NCBI GenBank assembly: GCA_030445745.1
Contig: JASUTE010000003.1
Location: 78,725 to 142,724, forward strand
Length of the DNA stretch: 64,000 nucleotides
Origin: Candidatus Cloacimonadota bacterium
GTDB taxonomy: Bacteria; Cloacimonadota; Cloacimonadia; Cloacimonadales; TCS61
Direction: 5' to 3'
Position 1 is the first letter of the stretch; every line of letters begins with the position of its first letter. Below are positions 1 through 9,317 of the stretch, one piece after another. Made by a program: the position numbers and the translations under genes. The notes under the pieces were generated by a model that searched no databases, had not been told where the DNA came from, and was given only the letters and a program-made list of their open reading frames with translations.

Positions 1-416
1 ATTTCTTCGGAAATAGTGAACAACAGCTCGATCGGTGGTAATTTCTCGCCACTTTGCTGCAACTCTTTTATGGCACTTATCACCTGGGCTATGCCAGATT
101 TATCATCTGCACCCAAAACTGTTGTACCATCACTGGTAATGCGATCTTCCTTTAGCTGGGGTTTTACTCCTGTACCAGGCACAACTGTGTCTAGATGCGA
201 ACAAAACAAAATAGGACTTTGGCAAGTATCACCATCAAAATAAGCATATAGATTGCCAATTTCTCCACCAGTTTTACTATGAGCATCATCAAATTCTACT
301 CTAGCCCCCATCTCTTCCAAATCTGTTTGCAGTTTCAAAGCTATCTGCTTTTCTTGTTTCGATTCACTATCAATCTTCACCAATTCCATAAAATAATCTA
401 CGATTGATTCTTGCAT
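1..416 (-). CDS. Peptidase T-like M20/M25/M40 family metallopeptidase (partial, runs off window start)
   Basis: Not in ORF track. Manual translation from ATG at 416 (RBS AAGAGG upstream): MQESIVDYFMELVKIDSESKQE...SHLDTV...LGADDKSG...LFTISEE, which carries M20 metal-binding motifs. Confidence 0.88.
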   Translation of the reverse strand, partial: MQESIVDYFMELVKIDSESKQEKQIALKLQTDLEEMGARVEFDDAHSKTGGEIGNLYAYFDGDTCQSPILFCSHLDTVVPGTGVKPQLKEDRITSDGTTVLGADDKSGIAQVISAIKELQQSGEKLPPIELLFTISEE

Positions 417-718
417 AATACCTCTTGCTTCTAATTTTTTTGGAAATTTGAATTTCTTGCTGGTTTCTGTCAATATTAAAAACAATAAATGGCATACCTC
501 GAAATTTTTTTTAATCTGCTTTTATCGGAGTAGGCATATTAACCAAGATAAGGGAGAAAATATATGGACAAATTCTATTCCACTTTATAAAAAGTGAATA
601 AGCTAAACAAGTTGTGTAAAACAAAAATTGGTTGTTTTAGCAGCAAAAATACCTTAAATTGTTTGCTGATTAGGTTGTAACTTTTTTAATTGAATAAATT
701 AACAAAACAGGAGGCAGA

Positions 719-2911
719 GTGGCAAATTTAATAATCGTTTCGAACAGGTTACCGGTAAAATTACAAAAAAAAGATAATACAATTAAATATGAAATGAGCA
801 CTGGAGGTTTAGCCACTGGCTTGAAATCATTTTATAAAAGTTACAATGGTTTTTGGATTGGTTGGCCTGGGATAGCTAGCAAAGAAATTTCAGATAAGAA
901 AGATGAAATTAAAAATACTCTGAATGAAGAATACAACTGTGAGCCAGTTTTTTTGAATCAGCAAGAGATAGATCACTACTATTTGGGTTATAGCAACAGG
1001 GCGATGTGGCCTCTGTGCCATTATTTTACCCAATTTGTTACCCACGACCTTGAAAATTGGCAAATCTATAAAAAAGTAAATCAGAAATTTGCCGAAAAGG
1101 TAGCTGCAATAGCTAAAGAAGATGATATTGTCTGGGTGCACGACTATCATCTGATGTTACTACCTAAAATGTTGCGACAGAAGCTAAAAAATATTCGTAT
1201 TGGTTATTTTCATCACATTCCATTTCCCTCCTACGAGATTTTTAGATTATTACCCTCCCGAAAGCAGATTTTGGAAGGTTTACTGGGAGCAGATCTTATA
1301 GGATTTCATACCTACGATTATCTGCGACATTTTCTGAGTAGTGTCCAACGATTACTTGGTTATAACAGTAATTTGGGGAAAATTGAATTGAATGAACGAC
1401 TGGTGAAGGTAGATTCTTTTCCTATGGGTATAGATTTTGTCAAATTTTCGCAAGCTGCAGAAAACTCTGAAGTACAAAACAAAATTAAAACTCTGAAAAA
1501 TAAATTGGAAGGACACCAAGTAGTGCTTTCTATCGATAGAATGGATTATACCAAAGGAATTTTACAGCGCTTGCAAGCCTATAGCAATTTTCTTAGGAAA
1601 TATCCGCAATATACCGGCAAGCTCAAATTTATTGTGGTAACTGTTCCCTCGCGTGAAGAAGTAGAACAGTACCATCAGCTAAAAAACAGTATAGAACGTT
1701 TAGTAAGCGAAATAAACGGAGAGTTTGGTATTTTAGGTTGGATGCCGATTTGGTATTTACACAAGGCATTTGATTTTAAAGATCTGGTCGCTCTCTACAA
1801 TGTTTCCGATATTTATGTAGTAACACCGCTGCGTGATGGTATGAATTTGATGGCTAAAGAGTATTTAGCTGCCCGCAACGATAAAAAAGGACTTCTAATT
1901 CTAAGTGAAATGGCTGGAGCTGCTAATGAATTGGGAGAAACCATAATTGTTAATCCTAACAATATTGAAGAGCTGGTAGAAGCAATAAGAGAAGCTGTTA
2001 GTGCACCAGACGAAGAAAAAATACGACGTAATGAAATTATGCGAGAGAGATTAGCCAGATACGATGTGCAAAGATGGGCAGAGGATTTTGTCCAGAAATT
2101 ACTAAAAATGAAAGAACTACAGAAGATGCGACATGCCAATATTTTGAATAAAGCACGAATAGAAAAAATAAGGGAATCCTTCCACAATGCTCAGCAGCGG
2201 CTGCTATTAATCGATTGGGACGGTACTTTGTTACCAATCTCAGAAAATAAGAATAAAATGCAGCCTACTGCAAAAATTAAACATATTTTGCGGAAGTTGA
2301 ACCAAAATAGTAAAAATAAATTAGTAATTTTTAGTCAGGCAGAAAAAGAGATTATGCAGACCTGGTTTAGCGATTTAGAAATCGATATGGTAGCGGCAAA
2401 CGGGGAGTTTGTAAATCTGGCAGGCAGATGGCAACAATTTGATATCTTTGAAAACGACTGGAAGGATGACTTGCGTACAATTTTTCAAGTTTTCGTCGAT
2501 AGAACTCCCGGCTCGTTTTTTAAAGAAAACAAGTACTCCCTTATTTGGAACTACAGCAAAGCTGCTTTCGATTTGGGTGAAATGAGAGCACGCGAGTTAG
2601 TGAATGAGCTGATTAGCGTAACGGCAAATATGGAATTGCAAATCTTGGAGCATGAAAAAGAAATAGAGTTGCGTGCCGGCGGGTTAAGTAAAGAACATGC
2701 CTCTCTTCGCTGGCTTACTTCCAATCAATGGGATTTTGTGCTGGTGATTTCTGATGGTTTGACTGGAGAAAGGATGTTTGAGCATCTTCCCCAAAATTCC
2801 TATACAATTAGTGTAGGAAAACCGCAAAATAAAACCGATTTTTTTGTAAAAAAACAAGAAGTTATCCTCGAATTTTTGGAATATTTAAGTGAGGAGCAAA
2901 ATGAGAATTAA
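719..2911 (+). CDS. otsA: Trehalose-6-phosphate synthase (GT20) fused to a degenerate HAD trehalose-phosphatase-like domain
   Basis: VSNRLP, GGLATGL, WVHDYHL, FHHIPFPS, DRMDYTKG and RDGMNLMAKEY GT20 motifs; C-terminal DWDGTL; GTG start with GGAGG RBS. Confidence 0.92.
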   Translation: MANLIIVSNRLPVKLQKKDNTIKYEMSTGGLATGLKSFYKSYNGFWIGWPGIASKEISDKKDEIKNTLNEEYNCEPVFLNQQEIDHYYLGYSNRAMWPLCHYFTQFVTHDLENWQIYKKVNQKFAEKVAAIAKEDDIVWVHDYHLMLLPKMLRQKLKNIRIGYFHHIPFPSYEIFRLLPSRKQILEGLLGADLIGFHTYDYLRHFLSSVQRLLGYNSNLGKIELNERLVKVDSFPMGIDFVKFSQAAENSEVQNKIKTLKNKLEGHQVVLSIDRMDYTKGILQRLQAYSNFLRKYPQYTGKLKFIVVTVPSREEVEQYHQLKNSIERLVSEINGEFGILGWMPIWYLHKAFDFKDLVALYNVSDIYVVTPLRDGMNLMAKEYLAARNDKKGLLILSEMAGAANELGETIIVNPNNIEELVEAIREAVSAPDEEKIRRNEIMRERLARYDVQRWAEDFVQKLLKMKELQKMRHANILNKARIEKIRESFHNAQQRLLLIDWDGTLLPISENKNKMQPTAKIKHILRKLNQNSKNKLVIFSQAEKEIMQTWFSDLEIDMVAANGEFVNLAGRWQQFDIFENDWKDDLRTIFQVFVDRTPGSFFKENKYSLIWNYSKAAFDLGEMRARELVNELISVTANMELQILEHEKEIELRAGGLSKEHASLRWLTSNQWDFVLVISDGLTGERMFEHLPQNSYTISVGKPQNKTDFFVKKQEVILEFLEYLSEEQNEN

Positions 2912-4097
2912 AACAATTAAAGATTTCTACAATTTTATCTTTGAAACCCGAGATTTTAAAAGAAAACTTCTGAGAAAAAAATTAAATGCTGAAAAAATAA
3001 AAAAATCTGAGATAAAAAAATTGGAAAAATATGTGGTGAAATTGCTGAAAATTCCTCTTGGAGCAGGTAATCATGTTTTGGAATATGCAGAGGGCAAGAA
3101 AACTAATTTGGATCTGTTCTATGAGATAGATGAATTGACCAAAGATGTGATTTTTTTATCTGAAACCGAGAAAAATTTCATGGATTATCTGAATAAAATG
3201 AATGAAGACTTTGAAAATGACGTAGAAACTGGTTTGGAATTTATATCAAAATCAGACATTACAACTTTTATTTCCGATCGTGATGGAACGATTAATAACT
3301 ATTGTGGTCGCTACAACTCTTCTATTCAATCGATCTACAATGCTAGTTATCTTATCGATATTGCCAAAATTTTGGAAAAACCAGTAATTCTTACTTCCGC
3401 ACCACTGCAAAATACTGGGTTCTTAGATATGAACATAATGCCACCTAATTTTTTTGTAATTGCTGGTTCTAAAGGCAGAGAATTTACTTGGAAAAATCAA
3501 TTTTACAAGATGCATTTGGATGAACAACAACAACAAAAATTAAATATTCTGAACCAGAAATTACAAGACTTAATAAATAAGCCCTACTACGAAGTTTTCG
3601 CACTTATCGGTTCGGGGTTACAGTTTAAATTTGGTGAAACAACAATAGCGCGTCAAGATGTTTACAACTCGATTCCACAACAGGATTCCCAAAACTTTTT
3701 GCAAAAAGTAGAAGAAATTGTTCGCAATATCGATCCTAAACAAGAATATTTTTCCATAATCGATACGGGCAAAGATATTGAAATAATTTTACATAAAAAA
3801 GATGCTGGAGTTTCTTCAGAATTCAGCAAGGGTGATGGAATCGAGTTTATTTCTAAAAAAATTGGCTTAAACTTAACAGAAGCAGATAATCTGATATGTG
3901 GCGATACTGCTTCCGACCTGGCTATGCTGGAGTATGCTGAAAAGGTTACTCCAAATAATTATTCTATCTTTGTAACTCAAGATGAAAAATTGAAAGAGAA
4001 AGTTGGGAAATTTGCAAGCAAAAATCTATTTGTAAGTTCACCCGATGCATTAGTAACTATTTTACATAAATACGCTTTGGAAAGGAGTACTAACTGA
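2901..4097 (+). CDS. Trehalose-6-phosphate phosphatase, nematode GOB-1-like HAD family with N-terminal helical domain
   Basis: SDRDGTINNYCGRY, LTSAPL, AGSKGREF, SKGDG and CGDTASDLAM motifs; start moved to ATG 2901 behind GAGGAG RBS; overlaps otsA stop. Confidence 0.78.
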   Translation: MRIKTIKDFYNFIFETRDFKRKLLRKKLNAEKIKKSEIKKLEKYVVKLLKIPLGAGNHVLEYAEGKKTNLDLFYEIDELTKDVIFLSETEKNFMDYLNKMNEDFENDVETGLEFISKSDITTFISDRDGTINNYCGRYNSSIQSIYNASYLIDIAKILEKPVILTSAPLQNTGFLDMNIMPPNFFVIAGSKGREFTWKNQFYKMHLDEQQQQKLNILNQKLQDLINKPYYEVFALIGSGLQFKFGETTIARQDVYNSIPQQDSQNFLQKVEEIVRNIDPKQEYFSIIDTGKDIEIILHKKDAGVSSEFSKGDGIEFISKKIGLNLTEADNLICGDTASDLAMLEYAEKVTPNNYSIFVTQDEKLKEKVGKFASKNLFVSSPDALVTILHKYALERSTN

Positions 4098-7000
4098 TGA
4101 ATTTCAAAGGAGCTATTTTCGATTTAGATGGTGTGATTACCAAAACAGCTAAACAGCATTTTAAAGCTTGGAAAAAGACATTTGATGAATTTTTGGAAAA
4201 ACTGGGAAAAAATGGGGAATTTACTTACGAAGATGATTATCTACCTTATGTGGATGGTAAACCGCGCTATCAGGGGGTGAAATCTTTCTTAGAATCCCGT
4301 GATATCGATTTGCCTTTCGGTTCACCAAAAGATAAAGCTGGTAGCAAAACCATTTGTGCTGTTGGCAATAGGAAAAATGACCTATTTCGCCAAATAATAG
4401 CAGAAGAGGGAGTTGATATCTATCAGAGTACTGTGGATTTCATAACAAAATTAAAAGAAAATGGTGTAAAAGTAGGAGTAGCTTCTTCCAGCAAAAATTG
4501 TAGTTTTGTATTGGAAAAAGCAGGTATTTTACATTTATTCAACACAGTTGTAAATGGGTTAGTTTCCAAAGAATTGGGTTTGCAGGGAAAACCAAACCCC
4601 GATATTTTTACTGTAGCAGCAGAAAATATCGGAGTAAAGCCATACGATAGTTTTATGGTAGAAGATGCTATTTCTGGTGTACAGGCAGGTAAAAATGGCA
4701 ATTTTGGTTTGGTGATAGGTGTAGCTCGCCAATCAGATGCTCAGGAATTGCAGGCAGAAGGAGCTGATATTGTGGTAAGCGATATTGGTGAACTTAGCTT
4801 AGAAATGATTGAAAACTGGTTTGATAAAGGGTTACAGGACGATAGTTGGAATCTTACCTATCGTAAATTTGAACCAGACCAGGAAAAGCTGCGGGAATCG
4901 CTTACAACTGTAGGAAATGGATATTTTGGAACCCGCGGTTGTTTTGTTAGCAGTCAAGCTGATGAAGTTCTGCATTACCCAGGAACTTACATAGCTGGAG
5001 TTTACAACAAACTTACTAGCAAAGTTTATAAGAAAAATGTGGTTAACAACGATTTTGTTAATTGCCCTAATTGGCAGCTTATTAAAATAAAAATTGGTGA
5101 TGATTTTATTGAGCCTCTGCAACAGAATATATTGAATTATGAGCATAACTTGAATATGAAGGATGGATTAGTTACTCGAAAAGTTGTTTTTGAAGATAAA
5201 AAACAGCGTCGTACTAAAATTGAGACAACCAGATTTGCCGCTTTGAAAGACTACCATTATGGCGGGCTGGAATTTAAAATTACACCGTTAAACTATTCTG
5301 AAACAATTAAATTATACTCCACCTTAGATGGCGATATTATAAATTTTGGTGTCCCCAGATATCGCGATCTTAATTCACGCCATCTTTCCCCTATTACCGT
5401 GGGAAAAGAGAAAGAGAAGATCTATTTAAAAGTGAAAACTGTTACTTCGGAAGTTAAGATCTTTATGGAAGCACAACATCAGTTGTATTGGAATGACAAA
5501 AGTTTTGCTGCTGAAAGTGAATTGGAAACCGGCTCTGGTATTGTTTCCGATATTTATACAATAGAAGCTGTAGAAGGAAGCTGCTACCAGATGGATAAAT
5601 TAGTTGGTATTTATACTTCCAAGGATAAAGATATTGATGATTTGAATGATACTTTCAAGAAAAAATTAGCAAAAACCAGAAGCTTCAATAAAATTAAAAA
5701 AACTCATATAAAAAAGTGGCATCAACTGTGGCAATATTCCGACTATAAAATAACTGGAGATCGTTTTACCCAGAAAGCTGTTAGGTTACATATCTACCAC
5801 CTCTATTCAACAGCTAATATCAACAACCAAAACATTGATGCGGGAATGCCCGCTCGCGGATTACACGGTGAGGCATATCGCGGACATATTTTTTGGGATG
5901 AGCTGTTTATCTATCCTTTCTATAATATTCATTGCCCTCAGATTACTCGTGCCCTGCTGATGTATCGTTATAAACATTTAGATGCTGCTAGACAATATGC
6001 CAAGGAAAATGGCTACAAAGGTGCTATGTTTCCATGGCAAACAGCCGATGATGGCAAGGAAGAGACTCAAGAAGTACACTACAATCCAATGTCGGGAAGC
6101 TGGGATCCAGATTACAGCCGTCTGCAACGTCATGTTTCCATAGCAGTAGCTTACAATGTTTGGGAATATTTCTATCTTACCCATGATTTGGAATTTCTTA
6201 TCTACTATGGTTTGGAAATAATGTTGGAAGTTGCCAGGTTTTGGGCTAGTATTGCCAAATTCGACCAAAAAGATGGTAGATATCATATAAATGGTGTGAT
6301 GGGCCCCGATGAATTTCACGAAAAATATCCTGGTGCCAAGCAGGGAGGCTTACAAGACAATGCCTACACCAACATCATGGTCAGCTGGCTTTTGCATAAA
6401 ACTATAGAAACTTATCAGCATCGCGACGAGGAAGTAAGAAAAGCTATCGCTGCCAAAATAGACCTAAAAGAGAGTGAAATTGAAAAGTGGCAGGATATTG
6501 TGAAGAAAATTAACATAGAGTTTTCTGACAACATAATCTCACAATTCAAAGGATATATGAATTTAAATGAATTAGATTGGCAGCATTACAAGAATAAATA
6601 CAAAGATATTCATCGTTTGGACAGAATTCTGAAATCGGAAGGAGATTCTCCAGATAAATACAAAGTAGCAAAACAGGCAGACGTAATGATGACTTTTTAT
6701 ATGCTATCCCCGTCTCAGGTGAAAAATATTCTGGAGATGATGGGTTACAAAGTAGGTAAAGCGCAAAAATTATTAAAGGATAATTATGAATATTACCAAA
6801 AGCGCACTTCCCATGGTTCCACACTAAGTCTTGTAGTACATTCAGCTATTCTAACCTACGTGAAAGAGCATAAAAAACAGATGTGGGAATGGTTCCATAG
6901 AGCAATGCAGAGTGATATTTATGACATTCAAGGTGGTACAACTCAGGAGGGAATTCACACTGGGGTTATGGCCGGCTCTTTAGATATTATCTTCAAGAGT

Positions 7001-7240
7001 TTTGCCGGTATCAATATCTTCCGAGACCATCTACATATTCAGCCTTTTTTACCAAAACATTGGCAGAAACTGGAATTTATGATGTATTACAAACAGAATT
7101 GGCTTAATCTGAAAATTACTCAGCAGGAAATAGAGATTTCAATTAATAAATTTGGAGAAAAAATCTATTTCGAAGTAGAAAACCAAACATATGAATTCAA
7201 AAATAAGAAAAAAATTCAGATCAAATACAAGGCGACCTAA
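4097..7240 (+). CDS. Beta-phosphoglucomutase-family HAD domain fused to GH65 glycoside phosphorylase (trehalose/trehalose-6-P phosphorylase-like)
   Basis: N-terminal FDLDGVIT, GKPNPDIF and VEDAISGV; GH65 motifs GNGYFGTRG, ARGLHGEAYRGHIFWDE, GPDEFHE, KQAD and HGSTLS. Confidence 0.9.
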   Translation: MNFKGAIFDLDGVITKTAKQHFKAWKKTFDEFLEKLGKNGEFTYEDDYLPYVDGKPRYQGVKSFLESRDIDLPFGSPKDKAGSKTICAVGNRKNDLFRQIIAEEGVDIYQSTVDFITKLKENGVKVGVASSSKNCSFVLEKAGILHLFNTVVNGLVSKELGLQGKPNPDIFTVAAENIGVKPYDSFMVEDAISGVQAGKNGNFGLVIGVARQSDAQELQAEGADIVVSDIGELSLEMIENWFDKGLQDDSWNLTYRKFEPDQEKLRESLTTVGNGYFGTRGCFVSSQADEVLHYPGTYIAGVYNKLTSKVYKKNVVNNDFVNCPNWQLIKIKIGDDFIEPLQQNILNYEHNLNMKDGLVTRKVVFEDKKQRRTKIETTRFAALKDYHYGGLEFKITPLNYSETIKLYSTLDGDIINFGVPRYRDLNSRHLSPITVGKEKEKIYLKVKTVTSEVKIFMEAQHQLYWNDKSFAAESELETGSGIVSDIYTIEAVEGSCYQMDKLVGIYTSKDKDIDDLNDTFKKKLAKTRSFNKIKKTHIKKWHQLWQYSDYKITGDRFTQKAVRLHIYHLYSTANINNQNIDAGMPARGLHGEAYRGHIFWDELFIYPFYNIHCPQITRALLMYRYKHLDAARQYAKENGYKGAMFPWQTADDGKEETQEVHYNPMSGSWDPDYSRLQRHVSIAVAYNVWEYFYLTHDLEFLIYYGLEIMLEVARFWASIAKFDQKDGRYHINGVMGPDEFHEKYPGAKQGGLQDNAYTNIMVSWLLHKTIETYQHRDEEVRKAIAAKIDLKESEIEKWQDIVKKINIEFSDNIISQFKGYMNLNELDWQHYKNKYKDIHRLDRILKSEGDSPDKYKVAKQADVMMTFYMLSPSQVKNILEMMGYKVGKAQKLLKDNYEYYQKRTSHGSTLSLVVHSAILTYVKEHKKQMWEWFHRAMQSDIYDIQGGTTQEGIHTGVMAGSLDIIFKSFAGINIFRDHLHIQPFLPKHWQKLEFMMYYKQNWLNLKITQQEIEISINKFGEKIYFEVENQTYEFKNKKKIQIKYKAT

Positions 7241-7270
7241 TTTCACTCCGCTCTTTTTGATTTTTTAGTT

Positions 7271-7299
7271 TTGACAAAAAATTACGCAGTAACTAGTTT
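7271..7299 (+). promoter_or_regulatory. Putative sigma70 promoter for pspC-like operon
   Basis: TTGACA-17 nt-TAGTTT upstream of ATG 7346. Confidence 0.5.
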
Positions 7300-7345
7300 A
7301 GTAATTAGTGTATTGAAGAAGAAGTTTAATAAACAGGGAGGTTTT

Positions 7346-7771
7346 ATGAAGAAGTTACATCTTTCCCAAAAAAATCGCGTTATTGCAGGCGTGTGCGGAG
7401 GTTTAGCAGAATCTTTAGGTATAGATGCTAATATCGTTAGAGCAATTTTTGGTTTATCTGTATTTTTTGGTGGTGCTGGGTTATTCCTCTATTTAGTACT
7501 TATGATAATTTTACCTAAAGATACAAATTACGAGGAAAAGGAGATCATTGATGTAGAGGTTAAGAATAAGTCGGGTAAAATCTATCGCAGTTGGGACAAC
7601 AAGATGATAGCTGGTGTTTGTGCTGGGTTAGCCCGCTATCTAAGCTGGGATGTTAGTTTAGTGCGAATAATTTTTGTTCTGTTATTCTTAAGCGGTGGTA
7701 TAGGCGCTATACTCTATTTAATTTTCTGGTTACTATTCCCTTTAGAAGGAGTAGAGGGTGAAGAGGAGTAA
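7346..7771 (+). CDS. Tandem PspC-domain membrane protein
   Basis: Two IAGVC(G/A)GLA...VR.IF...LYL repeats; start at 7346 behind GGAGG RBS. Confidence 0.88.
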   Translation: MKKLHLSQKNRVIAGVCGGLAESLGIDANIVRAIFGLSVFFGGAGLFLYLVLMIILPKDTNYEEKEIIDVEVKNKSGKIYRSWDNKMIAGVCAGLARYLSWDVSLVRIIFVLLFLSGGIGAILYLIFWLLFPLEGVEGEEE

Positions 7772-8855
7772 AGTATATTTTGTCTCATCGCGTATTTTGA
7801 ACAAAAAGGGGTTGCTGCAGAAATTTTCTGATTTGTTGAAATATTTGCAATTGGATTTTATTAAGCAAGACGATAATGTATTGGTAAAAACACATTTTGG
7901 AGAAGAGGGTAATCATACCTATATCTCACCAATTTTTTTAAGAAAATTAACTGATTACATCAAATCGAAACAGGCACATCCCTTTTTGGGAGACACAAAC
8001 ACATTGTACAAAGGAGATCGCAAGCAGGGAGTTACGCATTTGGAATTAGCCTTACGTCACGGGTTTTCCTATGCTACTTTAAATGCACCATTGGTTATTT
8101 TAGATGGAATTGGCAGTCGCCATTTTAAAGAAATTAAGATAAACGGTAAACACTTTGAAAAAGTGCAGTTAGCTGGTAACTATTTTAGTGCAGATGCAGC
8201 TGTGGTAGTTTCCCATGTAAAAGGGCATGTCTTAACCGCTATGGGAGCTGCCATTAAAAATATTTCTATGGGTTTAGGAACTAGAACTCAGAAACAACGT
8301 ATGCACGGTGATATCAAACCTCAAATTAACCATAAAAAGTGTATTCTATGCCAAAATTGTGTTCGAGTATGTCCCGAAAATGCCATTTCTATTAAAAATA
8401 AGAAAATAGAGATCAACCTGGAGAAATGTGTTGGCTGTGCGGAATGTATCACAATGTGTCCAACTGGAGCTTTAAAAATTCTGTGGAACGAAAAACCACA
8501 GAATACTGCTGAGAAAATGGCTGAAACGGCACTGGCAGCAGTGAAACAAAAAGCCGGAAAAATTTTTTTCTTTAACTTCCTTATCAATATAACTCCAGAT
8601 TGCGACTGTTTAGGCTGGTCAGATAACGCTTTGGTAAATGATATTGGAATTTTAGCATCGCACGATCCGCTGGCTATAGACAAGGCTAGTGTAGATCTCG
8701 TGAATAAGCAACACGCTCTGCCAAATTCGCGAGCTGAAAATACAAAAGGTGATATTCTGGGAAAACAAGATCTGGATCTGGAAGATATGTTTGAATATTG
8801 CCAGAAAATTGGCTTAGGTAACAAAGAATACGAACTGATAGACTTGGGATGGTAA
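7758..8855 (+). CDS. DUF362-domain 4Fe-4S ferredoxin-containing protein
   Basis: KTHFGEEGN, DTNTLY, SHVKGH and PDCDC motifs; two CxxCxxCxxxCP motifs. Confidence 0.88.
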   Translation: MKRSKVYFVSSRILNKKGLLQKFSDLLKYLQLDFIKQDDNVLVKTHFGEEGNHTYISPIFLRKLTDYIKSKQAHPFLGDTNTLYKGDRKQGVTHLELALRHGFSYATLNAPLVILDGIGSRHFKEIKINGKHFEKVQLAGNYFSADAAVVVSHVKGHVLTAMGAAIKNISMGLGTRTQKQRMHGDIKPQINHKKCILCQNCVRVCPENAISIKNKKIEINLEKCVGCAECITMCPTGALKILWNEKPQNTAEKMAETALAAVKQKAGKIFFFNFLINITPDCDCLGWSDNALVNDIGILASHDPLAIDKASVDLVNKQHALPNSRAENTKGDILGKQDLDLEDMFEYCQKIGLGNKEYELIDLGW

Positions 8856-9317
8856 ATGACAATTTTAGCAACTTTGTGCTACTTGCAAAAAAATGGACGT
8901 ACCCTGATGCTTTTTCGAAATAAAAAAGAGAATGATATACATCAAGGCAAATACAACGGGCTGGGAGGAAAATTCGAATCTGGCGAATCCCCAGAAGAAT
9001 GTGCTCGACGTGAAATAAAAGAAGAGAGCGGGTTAACTGCTCAAGTGCTAAATTTAAAAGGAGTTATCTGCTTTCCTAATTTCGATGGTAGCAACGATTG
9101 GTATGTATTTGTATTTTGTGTTCCAAAGTTCAAAGGTAAATTGATAGAATCGCCAGAGGGTAAACTGGAATGGATCGATAACAGTAAATTAAATAAAATT
9201 CCTTTATGGAAAGGTGACTATATTTTTATACCCTGGTTGGGAAAAAATAATTTTTTTTCTGCTAAATTTTGCTACGAAAAAGGGGAATTGAAGTCGCATA
9301 CAGTTGAATTCTATTAA
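8856..9317 (+). CDS. Nudix 8-oxo-dGTP diphosphatase (MutX/MTH1-like)
   Basis: NGLGGKFESGESPEECARREIKEESGL Nudix box; EGKLEW; LWKGD. Confidence 0.88.
   Translation: MTILATLCYLQKNGRTLMLFRNKKENDIHQGKYNGLGGKFESGESPEECARREIKEESGLTAQVLNLKGVICFPNFDGSNDWYVFVFCVPKFKGKLIESPEGKLEWIDNSKLNKIPLWKGDYIFIPWLGKNNFFSAKFCYEKGELKSHTVEFY

Noticed and set aside
16-243. 75-aa plus-strand ORF
   Set aside because: Antisense shadow of the minus-strand M20 peptidase
489-505. TGGCA upstream of otsA as a sigma54 site
   Set aside because: No GC at the -12 position
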